From Gemmatimonadales bacterium (GTDB lineage Bacteria; Gemmatimonadota; Gemmatimonadetes; Gemmatimonadales; Gemmatimonadaceae): 64,000 bases of DNA. Made by a program: the position numbers and the translations under genes. The stretch lies in contig JBBQRH010000014.1 in NCBI GenBank assembly GCA_038215035.1, positions 2,312-66,311 of the forward strand. The letters run 5' to 3'. Under the pieces are notes generated by a model, which worked only from the letters and a program-made list of their open reading frames with translations, did no database searches and was not told the DNA's origin. Positions 43,714-52,644 of the stretch are shown piece after piece (the stretch's first letter is position 1; each line of letters starts with the position of its first letter).

Positions 43714-45506
43714 GGTGCCACCCGGTGACCAGTCCATCCTGGCCCGCGCACGATCCGACCGGGCTTCGCCCCCGTGTGTTTTCCCTGATCCCAGACACGC
43801 ACTCCGTTGACGATCACGGTCTCGATACCCACGGAATTTTGATGTGGCGCCGTAAATGTCGCCTTGTCGATCACCGTCGTGGGATCAAAGATCACCACGT
43901 CCGCGAAGAAACCTTCGCGCAACTGGCCACGATCACGGATGGACAGGCGATTTGCCACCGCCGACGTCATCTTCCGCACTGCCTCCTCGAGCGTCAGGAT
44001 ACCGCGCTCGCGCACATAGTGCCCGAGGATCCTGGTATAGGTGCCATAGGCGCGGGGATGTGTGAGGCCTTTCGCCGAGTCGGGGTCCGAGCCGTCGGCA
44101 TCGGTCCCGAACTTCATCCAGGACTGGCGCATCTGCATCTCGACATTCGGCTCCGACATCATGAAGACCAGCATCCCGACGCGGCCCTCGGTCGCGAGGA
44201 GCAGCTCCACAATGGTGTTTGCCCAGCTCTTGCCCATACCGGCGGCGATCTCGGTAATCCGCTTGCCTTCGTATTGCTTGAGGGCTGGTTGCTCGAAGCC
44301 AACCGTCATGATGCCGGCAGGTGTCGCCAACGCGCAGAGATTTTCCCAGCTGCTGCTCGGGGCCTGCATCTCCGCGATGATCCTGGCGCGTGTCGCGGTG
44401 TCGCGCAGCCGTTCGAGCAGCTTGTCGCCTTCGGTGGCCCACGGTGGTGTGCAGGCAGACAGCGACGTTCCCCCCGCGACGTACGGATACATGTCGGCCG
44501 CCACATCCTGCCCCGCCGCCCGCGCCGAGTCGATCTTCGCCACGGCCTGCGTCGCCTTGGGCCAGTTGCGGACGCCACCCGCCTTGAGGTGATAGATCTC
44601 CACCGGCACCCCACCCTCGCGCCCGATGCGCATCGCCTCGTCGATCGCCTCCAGATACTGATCGGCCTCTGATCGCATGTGCGTGATGTACACACCGCCA
44701 AGCGGCGACATCGCCTTGGCAATCTCCACCAGCTCCGGTGTCGCGGCGAAGTTTCCCGGCGGATAGATCAACGCGCTGGCAACACCAAACGCGCCGTCCT
44801 GCATCGCGTTGCGTGTCACCGCGCGCATGGTGTCAAGTTCCGCGGGCGTTGGTGCACCTTGGCCAAAGCCCTTGGCATACACGCGAATCGTGCCGGCGCC
44901 GAGGAAGGAGCCGACGTTGACCGACGTGCCATGCTGCTGCATCGCCGTCAACCACGTCGCGAAGCCACGCGGTCCGGTAAAAGCGCTGAACGCCTTTGCC
45001 TGCACCGAATCATCGTGCGTGCGCACCTGCGAGGCCAGCAGCGCCGCAATGGCGGCGTTCACCGGTGCTGGCGTACTGCCTTCGCCGAGGATTTCCGTCG
45101 TCACCCCCTGCGACACCTTGCCCACCACGCGCCCGTCGCCGGTAGTGAACTGCAGCGCCGATTGCCCCTGGATGTCGATGAAGCCAGGCGCCACGACGCG
45201 TCCAGCGGCATCGATGCGTGTGGTGGCGGCCGCCGTGCCGAGGAGCCCGGCAGGGACGATCGCTGCGATCCGGTCGCCCCGGATGCCGACGTCGGCGGCA
45301 TACCAGGCGTTGCCGGTGCCGTCGATGACGCGGCCATTGGCGATCACAATGTCGTATGCGCCGACGGCAGCGGGGGGCGAGGACGCGCCAGCGGCCGGCT
45401 CAGCCGCGCGGCAGGCGCCGAGCACCCACAGAGCCGGTGCGATGAGGAGCAGGCGCGGCCACCGGCCGGCGGTCGACGGCTTGCGTTCTGCAGAATCGAT
45501 GGGCAT
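43710..45506 (-). CDS. N-acyl-D-amino-acid deacylase (D-aminoacylase) family amidohydrolase, lipoprotein
   Basis: Lipobox LWVLGAC after ATG 45506. YDIVIANGRVIDGTGN...GIRGDRIAAI...GRVVAPGFIDIQGQS...SQGVTTEILGEG...VYITHMRSE...VEIYHLKAGG aligns by eye with D-aminoacylases, but the HxH/Cys metal-ligand positions differ. Confidence 0.8.
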   Translation of the reverse strand: MPIDSAERKPSTAGRWPRLLLIAPALWVLGACRAAEPAAGASSPPAAVGAYDIVIANGRVIDGTGNAWYAADVGIRGDRIAAIVPAGLLGTAAATTRIDAAGRVVAPGFIDIQGQSALQFTTGDGRVVGKVSQGVTTEILGEGSTPAPVNAAIAALLASQVRTHDDSVQAKAFSAFTGPRGFATWLTAMQQHGTSVNVGSFLGAGTIRVYAKGFGQGAPTPAELDTMRAVTRNAMQDGAFGVASALIYPPGNFAATPELVEIAKAMSPLGGVYITHMRSEADQYLEAIDEAMRIGREGGVPVEIYHLKAGGVRNWPKATQAVAKIDSARAAGQDVAADMYPYVAGGTSLSACTPPWATEGDKLLERLRDTATRARIIAEMQAPSSSWENLCALATPAGIMTVGFEQPALKQYEGKRITEIAAGMGKSWANTIVELLLATEGRVGMLVFMMSEPNVEMQMRQSWMKFGTDADGSDPDSAKGLTHPRAYGTYTRILGHYVRERGILTLEEAVRKMTSAVANRLSIRDRGQLREGFFADVVIFDPTTVIDKATFTAPHQNSVGIETVIVNGVRVWDQGKHTGAKPGRIVRGPGWTGHRVAP

Positions 45507-45519
45507 GCTTGACCCGAGA

Positions 45520-45535
45520 GAATTGTATACAGTTC
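45520..45535. promoter_or_regulatory. AT-rich palindrome in the divergent promoter region (candidate GntR/FadR-type operator)
   Basis: gaatTGTATACAgttc with perfect core TGTATACA (45524-45531). It matches the GT-n-AC FadR-subfamily half-site logic and stands out in GC-rich DNA. It lies between ATG 45506 (-) and ATG 45602 (+). Confidence 0.4.
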
Positions 45536-45601
45536 TGTGCACATCTATCGCTATCATCCGGTGGTCCACACCGCAAGCCCGCACTCCGCCCTGTCGTCTC
45601 C

Positions 45602-46423
45602 ATGACCACGCACGTCCCGCCGATCACGATTCGCGAGTTGTCCTCGCTGGCCGACTACGACGCTTGCGTCGCACTGCAGGATGACACCTGGGGGCACGGA
45701 TTCTCGGAGCGGGTCCCCGGCGCGATTCTGCGCGTATCGCAAAAGATCGGCGGGGTGGCAGCAGGCGCCTTTGATTCCAATGACCGGATGCTGGGCTTCG
45801 TTTTCGGGATGACAGGCCTCCAGCACGGGCGCCCTGTCCACTGGTCGGACATGCTCGCCGTCCGCCCTGAAGCCCGCGGCCTTGGAATCGGCGAGGCACT
45901 CAAGGCACACCAGCGTCACGTTGTGGTACCTCTCGGCGTGCACCGGATGTTGTGGACCGCCGATCCGCTGGTGGCCCGCAACGCGCACTTCAACATCAAC
46001 CATCTCGGTGCGTTCCCGGCCGAGTACGTCGAGAACATGTACGGCGAGAACACCGGCAGCATTTTGCACGGTGCCATGCCGACCGATCGCTTCGTATACC
46101 ACTGGGACCTCACGGCGACGGGCGTGTCGCCCGTGCGCAGCGGTGCACCCGACGCCGCAGACGGTGCGCTGCCACAGGCGATCGCCCTGCAGACAGACGG
46201 GACGCCGGTCGCAGTTCCGACCGTCGATGCCACTGCAGTCCGTATCACGATCCCGCAGGACCTGTCCGCCGTGCAGGCCGTCGACCTCGACCTGGCACGC
46301 GCCTGGCGCATTGCGGTCCGGGCCGCCTTCACAGCCCGCTTCACGCAGGGCCTCGTCGTGACGCGCTTCGTCCGCGGACTCGACGACCGTCTGCCATACT
46401 ACGTCCTGTCCGCGACGCGCTGA
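45602..46423 (+). CDS. GNAT-like acyltransferase (candidate D-amino acid N-succinyl/acetyl-transferase)
   Basis: ITIRELSSLADYDACVALQDDTWG...HWSDMLAVRPEARGLGIGEALKAHQR (acyl-CoA-binding R/Q-x-x-G-x-G/A-like segment). Immediately precedes the racemase gene. ATG at 45602. Confidence 0.65.
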   Translation: MTTHVPPITIRELSSLADYDACVALQDDTWGHGFSERVPGAILRVSQKIGGVAAGAFDSNDRMLGFVFGMTGLQHGRPVHWSDMLAVRPEARGLGIGEALKAHQRHVVVPLGVHRMLWTADPLVARNAHFNINHLGAFPAEYVENMYGENTGSILHGAMPTDRFVYHWDLTATGVSPVRSGAPDAADGALPQAIALQTDGTPVAVPTVDATAVRITIPQDLSAVQAVDLDLARAWRIAVRAAFTARFTQGLVVTRFVRGLDDRLPYYVLSATR

Positions 46424-46455
46424 CATCAGCCATACGCACTTCAACTCGACTCATC

Positions 46456-47577
46456 ATGCTCGAACTCACCAGCATCACGCTTCGCGAAATCCGGCTCCCG
46501 CTGCGCGAACCCTTCCGCATCTCGTCCGGAACGATGACCGAGCGGCGGATCGCGCTGATCGAGTTGCACGACGCGAGTGGCGCCAGCGCGTGGAGTGAGT
46601 GCGTCGCTGATGACACGCCGAACTATACGGCAGAGACGGTCGACACCGCCTGGCTCGCCATCGAGCGATGGATCGCACCACGCGTGCTCGGCCGCACCTT
46701 CAGCGCCGCGGGCGATGTATTCGCAGTCCTCGAAGAGGACTTTCGCGGTCACCTGATGGCGAAAGCAGCCGTCGAGATGGGAATGTGGGGCGTGGAAGCA
46801 ACATCCCTTGGCGTCCCACTGGCGCGGCTCATCGGCGGCACGCGACAGACCATTCCGGTTGGCATTTCGATCGGTATCCAAAGCTCACCCGAGGCGCTGG
46901 TGGAAAAGGTGCGTGGCGCACTGGCCGAGGGATATCGGAAGATCAAGCTCAAGATCATGCCTGGCCGGGATGTCGCATACGTTCGGGCAGTGCGCGAGGC
47001 ATTTCCGGATGCACCGCTGATGGCGGATGCGAACAATGCGTATACGCTCGATGACGCCGACGCACTGATTGCGATGGACAGCCTCAACCTGATGATGTTC
47101 GAGCAGCCGCTTGCGTGGGAGGACATCGTCCGTCACGCCTCGCTGCAGCGCATGTTGAAGACGCCGATCTGTCTCGACGAGTCGATTACATCGTTGGACC
47201 GGGCGCAGGACATGATCACACTCGGGGCCGGCCGCCTGATCAACATCAAGCCCGGTCGCGTGGGCGGCTTTGCGGAATCACTCGCGATCCACGACTACTG
47301 CGAAGTAAATGGCGTACCCGTGTGGTGCGGCGGTATGCTCGAGAGCGGAATCGGCCGCGCCTACAACGTGGCACTCGCATCGCTGAGCAACTTCCAGAAG
47401 CCGGGAGACCTCAGTCCGAGCGCACGATACTGGTCGCAGGATGTCGTGACTCCCGAGTGGACCATGAGCAGCGACGGCATGGTCACGGTGCCGTTCAACA
47501 CACCGGGAATCGGCGTCACGGTGAACGTCGACCGGATTGACGACCTTACGGTACGTACCCTGTCGCTGTCGCGATAG
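46456..47577 (+). CDS. Enolase-superfamily N-succinylamino acid racemase / o-succinylbenzoate synthase
   Basis: LREIRLPLREPFRISSGT, KxK (YRKIKLKI), metal ligands MADAN / MFEQP / CLDES, second Lys NIKPGRVGG. ATG at 46456; the listed ORF is an upstream extension. Confidence 0.85.
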   Translation: MLELTSITLREIRLPLREPFRISSGTMTERRIALIELHDASGASAWSECVADDTPNYTAETVDTAWLAIERWIAPRVLGRTFSAAGDVFAVLEEDFRGHLMAKAAVEMGMWGVEATSLGVPLARLIGGTRQTIPVGISIGIQSSPEALVEKVRGALAEGYRKIKLKIMPGRDVAYVRAVREAFPDAPLMADANNAYTLDDADALIAMDSLNLMMFEQPLAWEDIVRHASLQRMLKTPICLDESITSLDRAQDMITLGAGRLINIKPGRVGGFAESLAIHDYCEVNGVPVWCGGMLESGIGRAYNVALASLSNFQKPGDLSPSARYWSQDVVTPEWTMSSDGMVTVPFNTPGIGVTVNVDRIDDLTVRTLSLSR

Positions 47578-47580
47578 TCG

Positions 47581-48831
47581 ATGTACCCGCTCCCGACCCC
47601 ACCGGGCTCGCTGCCCCATCGAACCACGCTGCAGGTCGGTCGTGGCGCCGCCGACCGGTTCTCGGACGCGCAGGTCAGCGAATTACTCACGCTCCGTCGC
47701 ACGCTGCATCACTTTCCCGAACTGTCGAATCAGGAGCACCGAACTGCCGCGCATCTCGAGGCTGTTCTCGAGTCACTTGGTATCGCCGGGATTCAACGTG
47801 TCGCGGGAACCGGAATCGTGGCGCGAATTCGCGGACTGTACGCTGACGCGCCGGTGGTGGCGATCCGCGGCGACATCGACGCGCTGCCCATCGAGGAACA
47901 GACCGGATTGGCGTTCAGCTCATCGACTCCCGGCGTGATGCACGCGTGTGGCCATGACGTACACGCTACCTGGGCAATTGGCGCTGCAATGGATCTCCTC
48001 CACTCGCCGGCCGAAGGCGACGTCCTGATCGTGCTGCAACCCGCCGAAGAAATTGGCGCAGGCGCGACGGCGATTCTGGCCAGTGGAGTGCTCGATGGTG
48101 TACAGGCAATTTTTGGCGGACACGTCGACCGCCGATTCACCGTCGGGGAGGTGATCGCCGAGCCAGGCCCACTGGCTGCGTCGGCCGACAGCTTCACGAT
48201 TCAGCTGCGCGGGAAGGGGGCGCACGGTGCACGACCCCACGAGGCCGCCGATCCGATCGTCGCCGCGGCGGCCGTGATCATGGCGCTGCAAACCGTGGTT
48301 GCGCGTCGCGTTGATCCTGCGCGCCCCGCCGTGTGCACGGTCGGCAGCGTCAACGCCGGTATTGCATCGAACGTGATTCCGGAAGCGGCAACGCTCACCG
48401 GAACACTGCGGGCCATGGATGCGCCGACGCGCGCGACGCTCGTCACTGAAGTCATCCGAATCGCCACGGATGTCGCGGCCGCATATGGCGTGGTTGCCAC
48501 CGTTGACGTCGAACACGGAACGCCACCCATCGTGAACCCTGTGCGTGAAGCGCAGTGGGCACGCGCCGCAGCCGTTGCGGTCCTGGGGACCGGCGCCGTC
48601 GTGCCGTTCGGGATCACGAACATGGGTGGGGAGGATTTCGCATTCTACCTCGAGCGCATTCCCGGTTGCTTCCTGCGTTTCGGCGCCCGGGCCGCAGGCG
48701 AGGTGGCTACGGCCGCCCATTCGCCGCGGTTCGACGTGGCCGAGGGGGCGATTCTGGTGGGCGCTGCCGTGCTTGCGGAGTGCGCCAGGACCGCCAGCCG
48801 CGAGCTGCGCGCGCTCGCCGCCGTGGCCTGA
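47581..48831 (+). CDS. M20D-family amidohydrolase (N-acyl-L-amino acid amidohydrolase / desuccinylase-like)
   Basis: LRRTLHHFPELSNQEHRTAAHL, IRGDIDALPIEE, MHACGHDVH, QPAEE, GGEDFAFY. Confidence 0.85.
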   Translation: MYPLPTPPGSLPHRTTLQVGRGAADRFSDAQVSELLTLRRTLHHFPELSNQEHRTAAHLEAVLESLGIAGIQRVAGTGIVARIRGLYADAPVVAIRGDIDALPIEEQTGLAFSSSTPGVMHACGHDVHATWAIGAAMDLLHSPAEGDVLIVLQPAEEIGAGATAILASGVLDGVQAIFGGHVDRRFTVGEVIAEPGPLAASADSFTIQLRGKGAHGARPHEAADPIVAAAAVIMALQTVVARRVDPARPAVCTVGSVNAGIASNVIPEAATLTGTLRAMDAPTRATLVTEVIRIATDVAAAYGVVATVDVEHGTPPIVNPVREAQWARAAAVAVLGTGAVVPFGITNMGGEDFAFYLERIPGCFLRFGARAAGEVATAAHSPRFDVAEGAILVGAAVLAECARTASRELRALAAVA

Positions 48832-48904
48832 CGAACGATCGGCTCAAGCTTTACCGCAGACGTACCGATCCTTTGAGGAAACTCATGTTCATCGGACCGG
48901 GCCA

Positions 48905-50104
48905 ATGTTCTTCAAGAAAAAGGAGCCGGACGCTCGCGCGGCATCTCCGCGCCAGCCTGCCACCGGCGTAGCAGCTGTCAGTGACGCACCTGCGCGTGTC
49001 GCAGCTGGTGCTGGTCACGCAGAGAAGGAACACCAGAGCACCATCGTGTTGGATGCCCTGGGCGGTGTGATCGCCGCGATTGCGCGCTTCCCCGTTGATC
49101 TGCCGCATCGCCCCGCGGAAGCCACGACGAAGGAGATGACGTCGTGGCAGCGGCATGCGACAATGGGCCTCCCGCTGGATAGCGGCGAGGAAGGGTCGTC
49201 GGTTGGCATTACGGAGCGCGATTGGCGTGGCCTGGTGCGGGCGGTGGCGGCGCTCCGTCGCGATGAACAGAGCTCGGTCGAATCGCTGGTGAACGAACTG
49301 CGCTCGGCGCTGTGGACCTGCGTCTCGGCGGTGCACGAAGCGGTCCGGATCGACGATTCCGCCGAGGCAACGACCGGCTCGCATCTGGCACTGGTGAAGA
49401 AAGCGATCGGTGGTTCGCAACTGCAGAACATCCGGGAAGACGTCCTGAATGCCGTCAGCGAGATCGATCGCACGCTGAAAGAGCGTCGCGAGGAGCAGCA
49501 GCGTCAGTACAAGACCCTTGCGACGTCCCTCGACTCGCTTGGACGTCAGCTCGAAGAAGCGCGAAAGGAGAGCGCAACCGACCCCCTCACCGGCGTCGGG
49601 AACCGAAAGCACTTCGATCTGATGGCTGGGCGCGCGGTCCAGCTGTTCTCGCTGGGACGTGCGCCAGTGACGATGTTGATGATCGATCTGAACAAGCTCA
49701 AGGTGATCAACGACTCATACGGCCACACCGCGGGCGATGCGGCCATTGTCAGCGTGGCGCACGCCCTGTGGAAGGTCTTTCTGCGACAGAGCGACGTCAT
49801 CACCCGATATGGCGGCGATGAGTTCGCGGTCATCCTCAACAACTGTGATCTGCTGGTGGCGCAGACATTGGCCAAGCGGCTGGTGGAGACGGTACGCAGC
49901 CTTCCACTGCCGAGCGCCTCCATGGAGTTCGCCATGGGCGCGTCAGTTGGCATCGCCCAGCTCGCACCGGGTGAGGATGTGACGCAGTGGGTGGCCAGGG
50001 CCGACCGGGCCATGTATCAGGCAAAGAAACAAGCGACCAGCGGCGTCATGATCGCCGATCCGGCTGGAAGCGTCGTGCCGCCCCCGCAGCGGCGCACGGC
50101 CTGA
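48905..50104 (+). CDS. Diguanylate cyclase (GGDEF) with an RxxD I-site
   Basis: DPLTGVGNRKHFD, RQSDVITRYGGDEFAVIL (RxxD five residues before GGDEF), DRAMYQAKK. Start at ATG 48905 (MFFKKKEPD). Confidence 0.85.
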   Translation: MFFKKKEPDARAASPRQPATGVAAVSDAPARVAAGAGHAEKEHQSTIVLDALGGVIAAIARFPVDLPHRPAEATTKEMTSWQRHATMGLPLDSGEEGSSVGITERDWRGLVRAVAALRRDEQSSVESLVNELRSALWTCVSAVHEAVRIDDSAEATTGSHLALVKKAIGGSQLQNIREDVLNAVSEIDRTLKERREEQQRQYKTLATSLDSLGRQLEEARKESATDPLTGVGNRKHFDLMAGRAVQLFSLGRAPVTMLMIDLNKLKVINDSYGHTAGDAAIVSVAHALWKVFLRQSDVITRYGGDEFAVILNNCDLLVAQTLAKRLVETVRSLPLPSASMEFAMGASVGIAQLAPGEDVTQWVARADRAMYQAKKQATSGVMIADPAGSVVPPPQRRTA

Positions 50105-50107
50105 ACC

Positions 50108-50142
50108 CGCCGCAGCCCGTGACATTGTCACGGGCTGCGGCG
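50108..50142 (+). terminator. Hairpin after the GGDEF gene (candidate terminator)
   Basis: cgccgcagcccgtgac-att-gtcacgggctgcggcg, a 16-bp perfect stem beginning 4 nt after the stop. The following sequence tatcttgcgtatt is only weakly T-rich. Confidence 0.5.
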
Positions 50143-50247
50143 TATCTTGCGTATTCCGCTGGTCGAACCCCGTTGTGTCGACTGGCTCTGCCCTGACTTC
50201 GGCGTCCTGATGGCGAGTAAAGAGGTGCGTGTGCACCGTGCGCCGCG

Positions 50248-51507
50248 ATGAGCACGCGCGCTTGGCTTGTGCTCCCCCTGGCTCTGTGTGCCGCGGCAGT
50301 CCTCGCCGGGTTTGCCCCTGTCGGTTCACCGGCCGCTGTGGCGAAGCATCAGCTGGTTCTGATTTCGCTCGACGGCTTCCGCTGGGACTACCTGCAGCGT
50401 CCGAACGCGAGTCGACTTCGCGAACTGGCGGCGGGTGGCGCTCGCGCAACGCGGCTGATCCCGTCATTCCCGTCAAAAACGTTCCCGAACCATATCACGC
50501 TGGTCACGGGCCTTTATCCTGAAAATCACGGGATCGCCGCCAACGTCATGCGCGATCCGGTCCTGGGCCGATTTGCGACTGGCGCGGATCCGGCGGTCCG
50601 TGATGCGCGATGGTATTCGGGCGAACCGATCTGGGCCACGGCCGAACGGCAGGGAGTGCGCAGCGCGTCGTATTTCTGGCCTGGCTCAGAGGCGCCGATC
50701 GGCGGGGTGTTGCCGCACTGGACGTATCCGTTCGACGTGACCACCTCGCGTGCCACGCGAGTGCAGCGGGTGCTCGAGTGGGTGGCCATGCCGGAGAGCA
50801 CGGCGCCGGGGCTGATCGCCGTGTACTTCAGCGAAGTGGACACCGACGGTCACAATTTCGGCCCGGACGCCGCCAGAACCGACACGGCGATTGCGCAGGT
50901 GGACAGCGCCGTGGGAGCGATCGTGGATGGCATTGCAGCACTTGGCGCCACCGATCGAGTGAACATCGTCGTCGTGTCAGATCACGGCATGACGGAGATC
51001 GTCGCGGAGCGCACGATCGCGCTCGACGCATTCGTGTCGATGGATAGTCTCGTCATGGGAGACTGGAGTCCCGTCGCAACCATCATCCCGAAGCCCGGCA
51101 AACTGGAGTACGTCTTCAACGCGCTGGTGAAGGCGCACCCTCACCTGCAGGTGTACCGCAAGGGTGAGCTTCCCTCGAGGCTGCACTACAACACCGGCGC
51201 ACACGTCACACCAATTGTCGCCATCGCCGACGAAGGCTGGTCCATCGCCACCCGGGCGGCGGCGGCGGACATGCCGCGCGGGCAGGTGTTTGGAGCGCAC
51301 GGCTATGACCCCGATCTCCCATCGATGGGCGCACTGTTCATCGCCGCGGGACCAGATGTGGCGCGGGGAATCGTCGTCCCGGCGTTTGGCAACGTGCATG
51401 TGTATTCGTTGCTGGCCGAACTGCTGCAACTGAAGCCGGCGAGGACGGATGGTTCACTCGATTCGGTGCGGATGGTGCTGCGCGTTGCGCGCCGAGCGGC
51501 GCACTGA
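50248..51507 (+). CDS. Ectonucleotide pyrophosphatase/phosphodiesterase (NPP, alkaline-phosphatase superfamily), secreted
   Basis: Signal peptide. LISLDGFRWDYL, PSKTFPNHITLVTGLYPENHGI, DTDGHNFGP, VVSDHGM, GAHGYDP. Confidence 0.85.
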   Translation: MSTRAWLVLPLALCAAAVLAGFAPVGSPAAVAKHQLVLISLDGFRWDYLQRPNASRLRELAAGGARATRLIPSFPSKTFPNHITLVTGLYPENHGIAANVMRDPVLGRFATGADPAVRDARWYSGEPIWATAERQGVRSASYFWPGSEAPIGGVLPHWTYPFDVTTSRATRVQRVLEWVAMPESTAPGLIAVYFSEVDTDGHNFGPDAARTDTAIAQVDSAVGAIVDGIAALGATDRVNIVVVSDHGMTEIVAERTIALDAFVSMDSLVMGDWSPVATIIPKPGKLEYVFNALVKAHPHLQVYRKGELPSRLHYNTGAHVTPIVAIADEGWSIATRAAAADMPRGQVFGAHGYDPDLPSMGALFIAAGPDVARGIVVPAFGNVHVYSLLAELLQLKPARTDGSLDSVRMVLRVARRAAH

Positions 51508-51551
51508 GGGCGCGTTCACCGGCGGAACTGCCGCGTCCACCGTTTCGAGGC

Positions 51552-52643
51552 GTGCGCGGTGTGCGCGACCACTACCTTTTCGACATGCCCGGATCCACCT
51601 CGCTTGCATGGCGCCCCGGACGTTTGATCGTGTTCGCAATGTCACTCATGATTGGCTGCTACATGGTCGCCTTCATGACGGAATCGCGGCCGTCACTCAG
51701 CATGTTCCGCGATGCGATCGCGAACACGGCGGCCGCCGCGATCGCCGCTGGACCGGTGTGGTTGCTCTGCACCCGCGCCCCATGGCGATTCGGTAACCGT
51801 TGGTGGTTCCTGCCAATTCATGTCGCAGGCGTGGCGGCGTTTATCGGCCTCTGGTACGTGGCAATCGCATATGCGCTCGGTCTTTCCTCTGCGATTGCAG
51901 GCGGTCAGGCGACGCCCTCGTTTCTGGTTGGACCAGCTCTTCGGTGGGAGGCGATGACCGCAGTGGTGCTCTACTTCGCCATCGCCGCGGCATGCTATAC
52001 CACGCAGGCCACGCGCGACGCACAACGTTCGGCGGCGCTGCTGCACGAGGCCGAGGTGAGCGCGTTGCGCGCCCAGCTGGATCCGCACCTGCTTTTCAAC
52101 ACGCTCCATTCCTTGCTGGAACTCGTGCGCAGCGGTGACGCGCGCGCCGACGATGCCATCGACCGATTTGCACGCGTGACGCGCTACGTGAGTCAAGGTC
52201 GCAGCCCGGGCCAGGACCTGGTGCCGCTATCCGCCGAGTGGACCATGGTACAGGACTACGTGGCGCTCGAATCACTGCGGCTCGGCGCCCGACTGATCTG
52301 CCAGTTCCAGCTCGGCCCCGATCTCGACGCGGTCATGATCCCTGCGCTTTCGTTGCAGCCGCTGGTCGAGAACGCCATTCGTCACGGCATCGCGCCGCGA
52401 CCGGGGCCGGGCCACATCACAGTCACGGCCGAACGACGCGATCGGCTGGTGATGCTCGATGTGGTGGATGACGGGCTGGGTGGGGGTGCGACCACGACCC
52501 GTGGGAGTGGTACTGGGCTTGATCTCGTGCGTCGCCGTCTGCAGGCACACTATGGAACGTCACTCCAGTTCACCGCCGGGCCGAGCAGCAGTGATGTGGG
52601 GTGGTCGGTGCACGCCTGCTTTCCCGCACTCCCCGCGGCCTGA
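51552..52643 (+). CDS. LytS/YpdA-type sensor histidine kinase
   Basis: Multi-TM N-terminus. LRAQLDPHLLFNTLHSLLELV (His_kinase/LytS signature). LQPLVENAIRHG, GSGTGL. The listed start is GTG; the true start is uncertain (ATG 51585 is possible). Confidence 0.8.
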   Translation: MRGVRDHYLFDMPGSTSLAWRPGRLIVFAMSLMIGCYMVAFMTESRPSLSMFRDAIANTAAAAIAAGPVWLLCTRAPWRFGNRWWFLPIHVAGVAAFIGLWYVAIAYALGLSSAIAGGQATPSFLVGPALRWEAMTAVVLYFAIAAACYTTQATRDAQRSAALLHEAEVSALRAQLDPHLLFNTLHSLLELVRSGDARADDAIDRFARVTRYVSQGRSPGQDLVPLSAEWTMVQDYVALESLRLGARLICQFQLGPDLDAVMIPALSLQPLVENAIRHGIAPRPGPGHITVTAERRDRLVMLDVVDDGLGGGATTTRGSGTGLDLVRRRLQAHYGTSLQFTAGPSSSDVGWSVHACFPALPAA

Positions 52644-52644
52644 G

